Source: a bacterium (GTDB lineage: Bacteria > Electryoneota > JAOADG01). From it: a stretch of 64,000 nt of DNA. Below are positions 29,601-40,167 of this stretch, piece after piece. The DNA lies in NCBI GenBank assembly GCA_963681965.1, contig OY820579.1, positions 448,001 through 512,000 of the forward strand, read 5' to 3'. A model generated the notes under the pieces. That model was not told the origin of the DNA and did no database searches. It saw nothing but the letters and a program-made list of their open reading frames with translations. Position 1 is the stretch's first letter; each line of letters begins with the position of its first letter. The translations under genes were made by a program, and so were the position numbers.

Positions 29601-32600
29601 TCAAGCCGACGGAATTACATTCGATGGAAGTACAACCAGTTCCAATACGAACAACTACTTCAATTTCTACGCTAATCTTACGAACATTGAGATCGAAAAC
29701 AGCAGTTTTTGCACGTTCAGCAATATTAATTTTCACGGATACGACGACTCACACGCTTCGGAAACCGCGATTAGCGCAACGGGTGGTCAGTTAACGGTAG
29801 CCAACACGGTTCGACGGTGTGCGATATACTCGAATTACGGGATTTCATTCGAAACGAACGAGCTAACATCCGATTGGACTATTCACAAAAACACTTTTTA
29901 TGGAGACACTTTCGGATATTCAGTTGCCATTTACTTACGTTATGCCGAGAATTTCCGAATCATTCAAAATCAATTAAATCAAACACACATTGTCGGAGTG
30001 AGAGCCGACCGTCTATCGAATTCCATTCTCGATGGCAATTATTTTCCCGTCTCCTCATACGGTATTCAAATTCTCTCGGGTGGCGACAATCGCTTCTCGA
30101 ATAATATGATTGCAGTCAATATGCTTTCGAGCGCCTCGGCATACGGAATCTCCACCGTTCAAGGCAGTAACAATGTTTTTGTTTATAATACGATTCGCGT
30201 CGATGGCCCCCCCTCAACGAACACCACCGTATGCCTCGATATCAAATTGAATTCCGGGATCACGACGATTCACAACAATATTCTGGTAAATGCCCGGTCG
30301 ATGGAAGTAGCAAACCGTTTCAGTGCCTGTCTATCGATCGACTCGCTTTCCGAAAACGATTCGATCGATTACAATGTGCTATCACTTGTCAACGAAACTC
30401 AATACGGTTACCAAAGTGTGTATAAATTCGGCGATCGCACGTTTTTATCAGTCGATGAGCTTCAACTGGATACTACTTATCGTATCGAACGAAATTCAAT
30501 CGGATTGATGCCGATTTTTACCAGCAATACCGATTTAAGCATCGACCCGTTTATTCCCTCACCCGTCGCAGATCGCGGTACTCCACTACTAATTGCCGGT
30601 TTCGATATGGATAGTATACCCAGAAATCGGTTAACTCCGGATATCGGTTGTCAGGAGCGAAATTACCTGTTTCTCGCCGACGTCAGATCTCCGCGCATCA
30701 AACTTACTCCGCTGGCATCGACCTCGGAAACGACACCTCGTGTCGTTCGCACCATTATTACCGACGATCATGCGATTGCATCGGGAACAAACGCTCCACG
30801 GATTTATTACAAGAATTCGACATCGCAGAATTTGAGTTGGCAATACGCCGATTCGATTCGATCAGATTCGGTCTACTATTTTTCGATCCCCGGGTTTCCG
30901 TATGGTTCGGAGATTGAATATTATATTGCGGCACAAGATTCGGTTGAGCATGTGTTCTCAATGCCAGTAGGGGGGCATCGCGCAAATCCTCCTCAAATGA
31001 TCGGGAGTCTCAATCTATACTCTTATTTTGTAATCAGTCCACTTGTCGGCGTAAAAACGATCGGCGGAATCAATCCCGACTTCACCTCACTTAGCAGCGC
31101 ATTTCGTGCACTGAACCTGATGAATGTTGAACCCGGTGGTGTAATTTTTCGAATTCGCGACGGTGTTTACCACGATTCCGATCTTTTTCTTCAGTGCGCG
31201 ACACAATCCAATCGGTCGATACTATTTACGGTCGATTCCGGTGCCACCGTTACGATCGATTTGTCCGGTACACTGTCATTGCAATCTTCCTACACCAGTT
31301 TCGATGGACGGTGGGTCGGATATGCCACCGGCACTCATCTCACGTTTCGAACAAGCGCGCAACTTCCAGCGCTAATCGCCATTGGCGAGAATGTACACAA
31401 TACCCAGTTAACCAACTGTAGGCTGGATCTGTCGCAGCAACTCAATTCTCCCACCTGTCTGACAATTCACACGGGTAATTCCAATTTACCCACATCCGAT
31501 ATCACCATCCGGAATTGCGAAATCATTGGAGGAACCAACGGTATCGTAATCGGTGGATCAAGTACCACAACCGACTCGACGCTCATCTCGAATGTTCAAA
31601 TCGACAATTGTCAGATCGATCGATTTATTCAAAACGGAATTCAAGCAAATATCAGTCGCGGTTTGAGTATCGCACACAGTCGAATTTCAACGGCTTCCAC
31701 CGCCGACACGAATGTCACGGGAATATATCTTGCCGATCATATTGTCGATGGTACGATCAATGGCAACCGGATCGGACCGCTGAGTGGCGGTGCTCAATCG
31801 AAAATTTACGGTATTTTATCACGCGCTTCCCGATCGACGATCATCAACAATATGCTGCTTCTGGGCGACTCAGTATTGAATCGACCAATTAGCGGAATCT
31901 CCCTGAATGGATCGACGATTGGGTCTAATAAAATTCTATTCAACTCGATCGCAATCAGAGGAACATCCACTTCAACCAGCGATGCACTCGAATATAATCG
32001 ATCATCAATTCAGGCAGATACGATCTGGGGCAATGTCTTCCAAAACATACGGTCATGCGGTAGTGCGACTGCAACCTACGCTGTAGCGATTTCGCTGATA
32101 CAACCGAATAGCGGGCTCTTCAGCAACTTCAATATTCTAGCTGTACCGATCGAATCCACGCATCCCAATCAATGTTTGATTCTCGATCGCAGTTCCAATA
32201 CTCGTATATCCTCATTGAATGATCTGAACAATACCTTCTGGTCGAATAACGAACACGATTCCTATACCGGTACCGTTCCATTTATCTCAGACACGAATCT
32301 GCATGTGCAACCGAGTGTTCCAACATTTATCGAGCACAATGCCAGCTGGCGGTCGGATGTGCTGCGCGATTTCGATAACGAGTTACGAACAACTCCGCGG
32401 TGCGATATCGGTGCCGATGAAGGGGTTTTCACGGCAATTCCGCTGGTTACCATTAGCGGCTCGGTACGGGATTCCATCAATACTACGCCACCACTGGCTG
32501 GAGCTACTGTCCGAGTCGGCAACCGCACGAGTATCACCGCGAGTGACGGTAGATTTTCGATCTCCATTCCCGCAGGTCGTTATACGGTCACTTCCTCAAA

Positions 32601-33990
32601 GCCGTGTTTTCAGACCGATACGGTAACATTAAACATCTATTCCGACATGGTTGTCAACCGATATCTCCTGCACCCGGTCATGCAGCCTGATCAATCGTCG
32701 CTCGAATTAGTCGCGACAGTGGGGCAGACAATTCCTACAGCCATTACCCTAACCAATACCGGTTCTTCACCGTTGTACTGGCGAGGACGAATCCGGATGA
32801 ATCCACCATCGTCCGACCGACTGCTACGTTCCACGATGTCTTCGATTAAGTTGTCTGGTCAAGCGGATGCGCCAACAATTTCCTCGATCGATCAAACGTG
32901 GGGACCCGATGGTTACGGGTATGTGGCGAGAGACAATCGCGAACCGGGATTTCCGCAATTCCTTGAGTTTCGCGATATCTCCAGTGTCGGTACGACTATT
33001 CTCAATGGCGACGATCAAGCGATTGCGGTTGCATTGAACAATTTCGAGTTCTCTTACTATCATCGCCCGATCAATCAGATGTGGGTTTGTACGAATGGCT
33101 TTGTTCAATTAGGGAACTCGGTCGGATCGGTTTCTTCATTCAATCCACCGTTGCCGAATGGTTATACCGTCAATGGAGTATTTGTATTGCAAACCGACTT
33201 GATCGCCACGGTAACCACGTATTTCGATGTCTATCACAACATCTACTATGTGCAGTGGTCGGGAAATATTGCCAACTACAATAATGATCGGGTGCAGTTT
33301 CAATTACAACTTCATGGCGACAATAATGCGATCGTGATGGCTTATCAATCTGTCGTTGTCAACCATTTGAACGCGGTCATCGGAATTCAAGACAGTCTGG
33401 GTACTGCACGCCGGTACCTACAGTCGGGTTATAATATCAATCCGCGAACACCCTTGAATGGATATATTGTTTCATACAACGATTTGAATCCCGGGAACAA
33501 TGGTGGTTGGCAAACGTGGTTGCAACTGGTTGATCCGGATTCCGGACGATTGGATCCCCATCTTTCGACTCAAATTCAGTTGCAAGCCGTCATTCCCGAC
33601 ACAATCGCCCGACCTACCGTATTAACCGGTGAATTGCTGCTAACGGGAAATGTCTGTCCCACGGAAACATCGATTCCGATATCGATTACGGTATTAACTT
33701 CTGTTGCCGAAACTAGCGTTTTACCGACAGTCTTTAAATTGTATCAGAATTACCCGAATCCATTCAATCCATCCACTGAAATTCGGTTCGACTTGAAACA
33801 AGCCGGTCACACCCGGTTGATTGTCTTCAACACACTGGGTCGACAAGTTGCAGAACTGGTCAACCAATCGCTACCAGCAGGTTTCCATTCGATCCAATTT
33901 GACGGTTCTCAACTTGCGAATGGGGTGTATTTCTATCGCATCGAGAGTGGTTCATTCCGCGACCTTAAAAAGATGATACTGGTTAAATAA
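26635..33990 (+). CDS. Giant secreted protein: three tandem beta-helix modules, carboxypeptidase-regulatory-like domain, T9SS-type C-terminal domain
   Basis: GGAGG RBS at the 26635 ATG, signal peptide; three modules from TIGG...F.S up to PDIGCxE; QNYPNPFNP tail. Confidence 0.8.
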   Translation: MINSRVRLRYCFLTIILIASYHIAIAQSIISNVLVSPPENTPQAIDNWGAPDNDGYMWRDNFEPNGPTYRWFDISLTGTDAGIYGTDRRSRRFPLGITFSIYDSLVDMFNISTDGELKLYRGLIVRYSLLPFFTHMSIDSARGDWIKYQNLGTDTLVVSWRAHILPGTNRLIEFQALLVTHSSILFQYRTVPQPALARIGLKNSLNTQLMLMSDSLSSYALPELAIAISQTSHPVSPVNNSFIAPSQPVTLQWSRDIFSDYVDLYLSDNRDSISNLAASARIGSNLTTSSYVLLNNLNQWTNYYWTVVGVNSTTHERIPGPLFTFLITGLPMSGNYTIGGLYSNFASIHDAIRVLNIVGTTSDVTFLIQGGTYSEPSDTILASAGSGASHRICFRPASSSAVRINFLGTADTPGLTLLNAPYITFDGRPNNSTDSSFLTITTPASRAILVAEASHYCSFRYLTISITDSVHSSHGVIGVSFDVTAPQNDSIIHCQISGGANGIYLFGGSSAALNGWWIEQNEIVNSYNKGIVLSHNVNRTTVVRNYLHWSDRHNAITGIEVLSPSVNDSLIGNKVICPITSGAATGIHFQSTTSGTIANNMISLTSQSGNSVAGILVQGSGIRILHNSVYVSSAVNPTAFSYAFGTEDIFPGSNSISAFNNFFILIDRQQSSCLQLDNLDSNSQIDYNLYSVGYNGTEDTQYLARVDGTLYNDLSELQSLINDQWNMHSWENYPPFLSATDLHFPSQVSTIIESRGTPTSIRSDIDGRLRNSMTPDIGCVEGDFTFTTDFTPPLIQHETLTNTSLRTPRVCVATITDSQLATGPLAPRIYFKSKTATTWTSASADSIRNNRFYFTISGYMTGTIVQYYFLACDNSNNVATLPLGGFGAAPYGQYRPPTFFEYTVEFGASATVGSSNADFRTLTEIVRILNQIGISRDVTVYIQGGYYYDSTLTFTRSIHSGSNAHLTFRPAAAQAVVVISRSGPNIVLNQADGITFDGSTTSSNTNNYFNFYANLTNIEIENSSFCTFSNINFHGYDDSHASETAISATGGQLTVANTVRRCAIYSNYGISFETNELTSDWTIHKNTFYGDTFGYSVAIYLRYAENFRIIQNQLNQTHIVGVRADRLSNSILDGNYFPVSSYGIQILSGGDNRFSNNMIAVNMLSSASAYGISTVQGSNNVFVYNTIRVDGPPSTNTTVCLDIKLNSGITTIHNNILVNARSMEVANRFSACLSIDSLSENDSIDYNVLSLVNETQYGYQSVYKFGDRTFLSVDELQLDTTYRIERNSIGLMPIFTSNTDLSIDPFIPSPVADRGTPLLIAGFDMDSIPRNRLTPDIGCQERNYLFLADVRSPRIKLTPLASTSETTPRVVRTIITDDHAIASGTNAPRIYYKNSTSQNLSWQYADSIRSDSVYYFSIPGFPYGSEIEYYIAAQDSVEHVFSMPVGGHRANPPQMIGSLNLYSYFVISPLVGVKTIGGINPDFTSLSSAFRALNLMNVEPGGVIFRIRDGVYHDSDLFLQCATQSNRSILFTVDSGATVTIDLSGTLSLQSSYTSFDGRWVGYATGTHLTFRTSAQLPALIAIGENVHNTQLTNCRLDLSQQLNSPTCLTIHTGNSNLPTSDITIRNCEIIGGTNGIVIGGSSTTTDSTLISNVQIDNCQIDRFIQNGIQANISRGLSIAHSRISTASTADTNVTGIYLADHIVDGTINGNRIGPLSGGAQSKIYGILSRASRSTIINNMLLLGDSVLNRPISGISLNGSTIGSNKILFNSIAIRGTSTSTSDALEYNRSSIQADTIWGNVFQNIRSCGSATATYAVAISLIQPNSGLFSNFNILAVPIESTHPNQCLILDRSSNTRISSLNDLNNTFWSNNEHDSYTGTVPFISDTNLHVQPSVPTFIEHNASWRSDVLRDFDNELRTTPRCDIGADEGVFTAIPLVTISGSVRDSINTTPPLAGATVRVGNRTSITASDGRFSISIPAGRYTVTSSKPCFQTDTVTLNIYSDMVVNRYLLHPVMQPDQSSLELVATVGQTIPTAITLTNTGSSPLYWRGRIRMNPPSSDRLLRSTMSSIKLSGQADAPTISSIDQTWGPDGYGYVARDNREPGFPQFLEFRDISSVGTTILNGDDQAIAVALNNFEFSYYHRPINQMWVCTNGFVQLGNSVGSVSSFNPPLPNGYTVNGVFVLQTDLIATVTTYFDVYHNIYYVQWSGNIANYNNDRVQFQLQLHGDNNAIVMAYQSVVVNHLNAVIGIQDSLGTARRYLQSGYNINPRTPLNGYIVSYNDLNPGNNGGWQTWLQLVDPDSGRLDPHLSTQIQLQAVIPDTIARPTVLTGELLLTGNVCPTETSIPISITVLTSVAETSVLPTVFKLYQNYPNPFNPSTEIRFDLKQAGHTRLIVFNTLGRQVAELVNQSLPAGFHSIQFDGSQLANGVYFYRIESGSFRDLKKMILVK

Positions 33991-34017
33991 ATACGATCCG
34001 ATTCGCGATCATAAAAT

Positions 34018-34052
34018 AAATCGTCTCCAGATCGCTCTGGAGACGATTTTTT
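34018..34052. terminator. Bidirectional terminator
   Basis: AAATCGTCTCCAGA-TCGC-TCTGGAGACGATTTTTT. Confidence 0.8.
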
Positions 34053-34072
34053 CAATCATAATCCGATGTATT

Positions 34073-34594
34073 CTAGAGATCCAAATTCGCCGGTTCGAAG
34101 TACTCGCGCGGATGTTTGCAGCAGGGGCATTTCAACGGTGGCTCTTTGCCTTCATGGATATAACCGCATACCGCACACTTCCAGGTAATCGGAGACTCGC
34201 GTTTCCAGAGCGTTCCTGCCTCAAGCATCTCCAACAGTTTCTCATATCGTTTGCGATGGTGATCTTCGATTTTGGCGATCGTCTTGAACAAGATTGCTGC
34301 GTCACGATTTCCCTCGGCTTCGGCATCTTTCGCAAATTGCGGATACATTTCCGTGGTTTCGTAGGCTTCTCCGGCGATTGCTTCGCGGAGGTTCGCAGCA
34401 GTTTCGCCGATTCCGTTCAGCATGCGAAATTCATCTTTAGCGTGACGCATTTCGTTATCGGCAGTCTCTTCAAAAATTTTCGCTACATAATGCAGTCCCT
34501 CTTTTCGCGCTACTGCGGCAAAATAGGTATACTTGTTTCTTGCCTGCGATTCTCCCGCAAATGCTGCTTTTAAATTTTCTTCAGTTTTACTCAT
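34073..34594 (-). CDS. rbr: Rubrerythrin
   Basis: AFAGESQA, ExxH twice, EAYE, C-terminal CAVCGY...CPCC rubredoxin knuckle. Confidence 0.93.
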   Translation of the reverse strand: MSKTEENLKAAFAGESQARNKYTYFAAVARKEGLHYVAKIFEETADNEMRHAKDEFRMLNGIGETAANLREAIAGEAYETTEMYPQFAKDAEAEGNRDAAILFKTIAKIEDHHRKRYEKLLEMLEAGTLWKRESPITWKCAVCGYIHEGKEPPLKCPCCKHPREYFEPANLDL

Positions 34595-34636
34595 ATCGGT
34601 CTCCTTAGCAAATATTGTTCGATCGGGTTGGAAATA

Positions 34637-36580
34637 TCATCGACTTCGGTTGATATTCTCCAAATTGCTAATAATGTTCCCTTGATATTGATCGCGGATA
34701 TCGCGGATCAAGTCGCGGTTTTCATCGATTTTTGCTTGTAGTTGTTTCAGTTTATCTTTTTCCGCTTTTGTTAGCGGCTTTCCTTCCATGTGCACTGGAT
34801 GCATGTTGATTTCACGCATTTGTTGTTGAATCACTTCGATTTCGTCAAGGACCCCACTGATTTGCAAATTCTTATCCTGAACACTCTGCACGATGGCAAC
34901 CGCCATGGCGTACTGAGCATCGTCGATCCCTTTGGCTAGCAGTGATGCTTTGTCCATCTGCGCAATCGTGGTAAGCATCTTGATGTCGGAATAGTCAATT
35001 TCCGGGTGTCCGGCGTCGGATTTCTTTACTTGCTTTCCCTTGGTCTTCGGTACTGCATGTAACGATTTTTTCCGATCTTTCGCCGCTTGAATTAATGCCG
35101 TGAAAATGGGATTCTTTTCCGGTCCGAATTCGGGATGGTATTGGACACCGAGATGAAAACGATGTGTTTTCAATTCCATCGTCTCGATCAAATTGGTTTT
35201 TTCGTCGCGACCTGAAACAATAAAGTCTTTGGTTTTGAAATCGGGTGAAATTTCATACCGATGCCGGTGGCGCTGCACGATCCGGTTGGAACCGTAGATG
35301 CGCGATACGATCGTATCGGGTTTGAATACTGTCGTCCAATTACCCAAACGCGCCGTACCGCCCAAGTTCTTCGATTTCTTCTGTTCTTCCTGCAATTTTA
35401 CTACCGGATAGGGGGTGTTGGGATCGAATTCGGTACTGTTAGCGTTCTTCATTCCCAATACATTTCTCGCATATTCAATCAGCAGAATTTGCAGACCCAG
35501 ACAAATTCCTAGTACCGGTATTTGCGATTCCCGGCAGATGCGTGCCGTTTCGACCATCTCCTCGATACCGCGCTTACCCCAACCTCCCGGAATAATCACC
35601 GCATCGAAATTCTCCAATCCTGCAGGTGACTCCATGAATGTAACGGAATGCACGCCATTCATTTTCAACTGCTGCATAATGGAAACATACGCATCGGGGT
35701 GCGAATACTTTCCGACCATCGCGATCTTGATCTCTTTCGGTTCGGCAAAGCGGTGATACCAATCATCCAATTTATCGACAGTCGATTTAATCTTCATCGT
35801 ATTCATGATGTATAAATCGATTTTTACCGAGCGAAGATAGCGCGGTAGTTCGTATTCGTTGTCCAGATCCGGTACGCAAAAAGTCGCTTCTTTGGGAACC
35901 TCGCAGAACAATCGGATTTTATTGAGTTGGTAGTCGGGGATCGAATCGATATCGGTAGTTCGAGCAATGATAATATCTGCCTTCAAACCTTTGCTGCGGA
36001 GTTCATGAACCGATCGTTGGCAACCCATGGTTTTAATCTCACCGACATTCATCAGGAATGGGAAGTGCGACAACAGTACAAACATGCAATTACTGCTTCC
36101 CAGCTCCGAGATCAGTTGACGGCAGGCTTCGAGAAAGTAAATTCCTTTGATGTCGCCGATCGTTGCCCCTAACTCTACAATCCCGACATCGCATTGCGAA
36201 GCGAAATTGCGGATCCGGTCCTTGATTTCATCGATAACGTGTTCGACCGAAACGGTTTTGCCAAGATACTTTCCGGCTCGTTCATTCAAATAAACCTGAT
36301 GGAACACCCGACCGGAAGTGAGATAGTCTAGAGTATTGCATTCCTGACCGAGAAAGCGTTCGTAGATTCCGAGATCCTGATCGGTCTCGGTACCGTCGGC
36401 TAGGACATATACTTCGCCATGCTCCCCGGGATTAATCGTACCGGCATCGTAATTGTAGTAAAGATCGCATTTCATTACGCGAGTATCGATCGAACGGGAC
36501 TTAAAGACACGACCAAGTGAAGCGGCAAATGTCCCCTTACCCAGACCGGAAAAATCGGATGCGACGAAGATCAATTTCAT
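34637..36580 (-). CDS. pyrG: Divergent CTP synthase-like glutamine amidotransferase with ~140-aa C-terminal extension
   Basis: SGLGKG P-loop, HGEVYV, ETDQDLGIYERF; GATase GICLG, RHRHRYE, QYHPEF. Confidence 0.75.
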   Translation of the reverse strand: MKLIFVASDFSGLGKGTFAASLGRVFKSRSIDTRVMKCDLYYNYDAGTINPGEHGEVYVLADGTETDQDLGIYERFLGQECNTLDYLTSGRVFHQVYLNERAGKYLGKTVSVEHVIDEIKDRIRNFASQCDVGIVELGATIGDIKGIYFLEACRQLISELGSSNCMFVLLSHFPFLMNVGEIKTMGCQRSVHELRSKGLKADIIIARTTDIDSIPDYQLNKIRLFCEVPKEATFCVPDLDNEYELPRYLRSVKIDLYIMNTMKIKSTVDKLDDWYHRFAEPKEIKIAMVGKYSHPDAYVSIMQQLKMNGVHSVTFMESPAGLENFDAVIIPGGWGKRGIEEMVETARICRESQIPVLGICLGLQILLIEYARNVLGMKNANSTEFDPNTPYPVVKLQEEQKKSKNLGGTARLGNWTTVFKPDTIVSRIYGSNRIVQRHRHRYEISPDFKTKDFIVSGRDEKTNLIETMELKTHRFHLGVQYHPEFGPEKNPIFTALIQAAKDRKKSLHAVPKTKGKQVKKSDAGHPEIDYSDIKMLTTIAQMDKASLLAKGIDDAQYAMAVAIVQSVQDKNLQISGVLDEIEVIQQQMREINMHPVHMEGKPLTKAEKDKLKQLQAKIDENRDLIRDIRDQYQGNIISNLENINRSR

Positions 36581-36809
36581 GAGGCACTCCCTGCAGACTA
36601 TATGCGATCAGATAAAGATCGAAGTGTGGAGAATTTTCGGTTAAAGGTACTCTTTAGCGATGATAGTTTGCAAACGCTTCACCTAAAAATGATAACTCGT
36701 GTAGAATTCGAAGATCGATCATTTCGATCAGATTGATCGGTAACTAAACACCGTGGTTGTATTCAGTTTGATCCAATTTCGATAAAATGTGATGGTATTG
36801 CTTGTAGAA

Positions 36810-39100
36810 TCAAATTGATTCTTGCCGATCAAGTATTTCTCGAACTTTTGAGGTTAATTCCTTCATTGAAAACGGTTTCTGAATTAAATCAATTCCGGAA
36901 TCCAAGATTCCATGATTGGCAATCACATCAGCTGTATACCCCGACATGTACAATAATTTGAGATTTGGGTGATTGAGCAGTAAGCTATTCGCTAAATCCA
37001 GACCGTTCATTTCCGGCATCACGACATCAGTTACCAGTAAATGAATTTCGCGTCCACAATCTTTGGCTATTTTCAACGCTTCGATCGGATTGTCAGCCGT
37101 AAGAACGGTATAACCGTTTTTGGCGAGCATTGCTGCGGCTAACCGAATAATTGCCGGTTCATCCTCGACCAACAATATCGTTTCTTTTCCTTGCTTTATC
37201 TGCTCCGAAATTGGTTCACTTCCAGTTAAAACGGTATTATTGATATACCGTGGAAAATAAACCTTGATGGTCGTTCCAGTACTCAGTTCACTAACAAAAT
37301 TGATAAATCCCTTATTCTGTTTTACTGCTCCATAGACTGTTGCCAGTCCAAGCCCTGTTCCTTTTCCCATCTCCTTTGTCGTAAAATGGTTCGAATATAT
37401 GCGCTTGATGTTTTTTATCAATTCCCGTTCCATTGTCGGTAACAGATAACATCACAAATTCTCCGGGTAAATAATCGGCATGATCGCTACAAAATGCCTC
37501 ATCGAAAACGCAATTTGTCGTTTCGATTGTCACTGCGCCGACATCAATTATGGCATCGCGTGAATTCACACACAGATTGGTTAAAATTTGATCAATTTGC
37601 GATGGATCCACTCGAACTTGCCATAAACTTGCTCCGGGTTTCCAGAGTAAGGCAATATCCTCGCCGATGAGACGGCTCAACATTTTCAAAGTACTTTCTA
37701 CTGTCTCATTCAGATCTAGAATTTTGGGTAAAATGATTTGTTTTCGAGCGAATGCTAGCAATTGTCGGGTTAAATCCGCCGACCGATTAGCCGATTTCCG
37801 AATCTCCACCAAATCGTTATTCAGCGGAAGATTGGGATCGACTTGACTCATTGCCAATTCGGAGTGACCGAGAATTACTCCAAGCATATTATTGAAATCG
37901 TGCGCAACTCCACCCGCCAATCTTCCCACCGATTCCAATTTCATCGCTTGTTGAAGCTGTAATTCGAGGCGATCTCGTTCCTGTTCAGCACGCTTCTGTT
38001 CGGATATATCGAAAAATGACACCAGCATACAACGCTTCGATCCGATATCGAGCAATTCACCCGAAGCAAGGATGGTAATTAATTCGCCGGACTTATTTTT
38101 TATCGTCATTTCAATATTGTGCACCGAACCGTTCGTTAGCAGTTCATTGACAAAATTGTGACGATCTTCCGCTGAACACCAAATTCCCAGTTCCAGGGTT
38201 GTACGCCCAATTGCTTCTTCCCGGCTAAACCCCATTGTAGAGCGATAACTATCGTTGATTTCGATTAATCGACCGGTTTCCAGATCGGTGATCGAGAATA
38301 CTTGTGGGCTGGAACGAAATGCTTTCGCGAACTTATCTTCGGATGCACGCAATTCTTCTTCGGCATGTTTGCGCTCGGTAATATCGATGATAATGGGCAG
38401 AAAAAGCTGTGGTTTTCCTCGATCGTCAGATAACAAGATTAGGTTCAATTCACCCCAAACGATTTTCCCATCTTTCCGGATATACCGTTTTACAACATTA
38501 ACCTGATTTACTTCTCCGGCTACCAGTTTTTTTATTTCGTCAATACCGATATCGCGATCTTCCGGATGGGTGAATTCCAAGAAAGATTTTCCAATTATCT
38601 CTTCTTCGGGATAGCCCCAAAAGTCGCAAAACACTTTATTACATCGAACAAATCGAAAGTCCAGACTCACCATTCCAGCACATACCGGTGATAAATCGAA
38701 GGTTCTGCGAAACAACTCTTCGCTGTGATACAAGGCATCTTCTGCTCGTTTTCGTTCGGTAATATCGCGGATAAAGCTAACTAATCGACCATCGTCGATT
38801 TGCTGGTACAATACGCTAACTTCCACACGAAGATCTGACCATTTTTTCGTCGATGTTTTGTTTCAAATCGATCACGACCGATAGTTAAAATATTTTGGAT
38901 TGGATTTTCGGTCCAATTTGTACTCGGGCGATCGGGATATTCTGATTGATAAGTCGATCAAAGCGGATTTCATGAAGATTAATGAGATTTCGTGATTGCA
39001 TGACCTTTATAAAATGTGCATTAGCTGGACTGACGGTCACCCAAAGAAGAGTGACAATTGCGATCGTATGAAGCCGATTTAGCAATAATTTACCGAGCAT
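36810..39100 (-). pseudogene. Disrupted PAS-PAS-HisKA-HATPase-REC hybrid histidine kinase
   Basis: AGGVAHDFNN H-box in 37312-38826; the frame changes at 37383-37386 into FTTKEMGKGTGLGL and REC; a second frameshift at ~38827 (RFETKHRRKNG in another frame); signal-peptide remnant at 38885-39100. Confidence 0.75.
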
Positions 39101-39535
39101 ACTTTATCTCTAATAAATTAGTTCTTTACGACATACCACGTAACCAAACAGAAGGAGAGCAAACGCCGAAATAATTTTGTTAACGTCACGGACAGGATTT
39201 CAGAATTGTCGTTGGGGGGATAGGTCATAATAACGATACATATTGATATTGTCAATCTGTGTAAGGATAGAATCTCAAAATAATACTTTCAATCGTTTCG
39301 ATCTTGAGGAAGAATCTCACTTTTCGCGGCATCTTCGCTGAGATACTCATTCGTCAAAATTTCTCATTCCATGTTCTATCTCATTGCATGTGCAGAGTAT
39401 AACATTGTGAATTACTACCACTTGAACGTTTCAAGTGACAAGTGTGTCGAAAGATCAGACTGAAGATCACAGTTATCCTCAAAAAATTTCTTCAGTGGGA
39501 TAGAGGTACTTATTCCGGTTACGGATCAAAAACAA

Positions 39536-40114
39536 TTGTTAGCAGAGCTGCGAACCGGCTCTGAAACAGCTTTTCGGAAATTGGTCGACGATAATGTCCA
39601 CCAAGTCACGAATTTGTGCTATCGTTTTGTTCAAAACCGTAAAGATGCTGAAGATTTAGCGCAAGACACCTTCACTGAAGTCTATTTCGCGTTATCCAAA
39701 TTTCGAGGTGATTCGGCTCTATCAACTTGGATTCACCAAATCGCCGTGCGAAAATCGCTCGATCATCTTCGCAGTCAAAGCCGTCAAAAGCGCAAAGGGT
39801 ATCTCACTCGGCTTTTTACTGGTGACCGCGATGATCACGACGATCCGGGCATCGATCTTCCATCCACCTCCAATCCTGAGGAAGAGGTTGAACTTGCCGA
39901 ATGTCGTTTCGTACTTCAGTCTGCTCTCGAAAAATTACCTAAAAATCAGCATATTGCCTTTGTTTTAAGTAAAATGGATGGCTTATCTTATGAGGAGATT
40001 GCGCAGATTCTTGAAACCACGGTATCGTCGGTTACTTCGCTCATTCATCGCGCAAAGAAAAGCTTGTACTCAGATTTAAAGCATTATTACTTAACATCCG
40101 ATAAAGGGTTATAG
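39536..40114 (+). CDS. ECF RNA polymerase sigma factor
   Basis: DAEDLAQDTF, STWIHQIA (region 2); LSYEEIA...VTSLIHRA (region 4); start uncertain. Confidence 0.9.
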   Translation: MLAELRTGSETAFRKLVDDNVHQVTNLCYRFVQNRKDAEDLAQDTFTEVYFALSKFRGDSALSTWIHQIAVRKSLDHLRSQSRQKRKGYLTRLFTGDRDDHDDPGIDLPSTSNPEEEVELAECRFVLQSALEKLPKNQHIAFVLSKMDGLSYEEIAQILETTVSSVTSLIHRAKKSLYSDLKHYYLTSDKGL

Positions 40115-40122
40115 GGTAATTT

Positions 40123-40150
40123 GCAAGGTCTCATGGAATTAATCGTCTAA
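40123..40150 (+). promoter_or_regulatory. ECF-type promoter, copy 1
   Basis: GCAAGGT-N13-TCGTCTAA, repeated with identical spacing at 41183-41210. Confidence 0.6.
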
Positions 40151-40167
40151 TAATGTGAATACAGGAA

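Noticed and set aside
37312-37433. Programmed frameshift or phase variation in the kinase
   Set aside because: The run is only four T, there is no slippery heptamer, and further lesions upstream indicate decay
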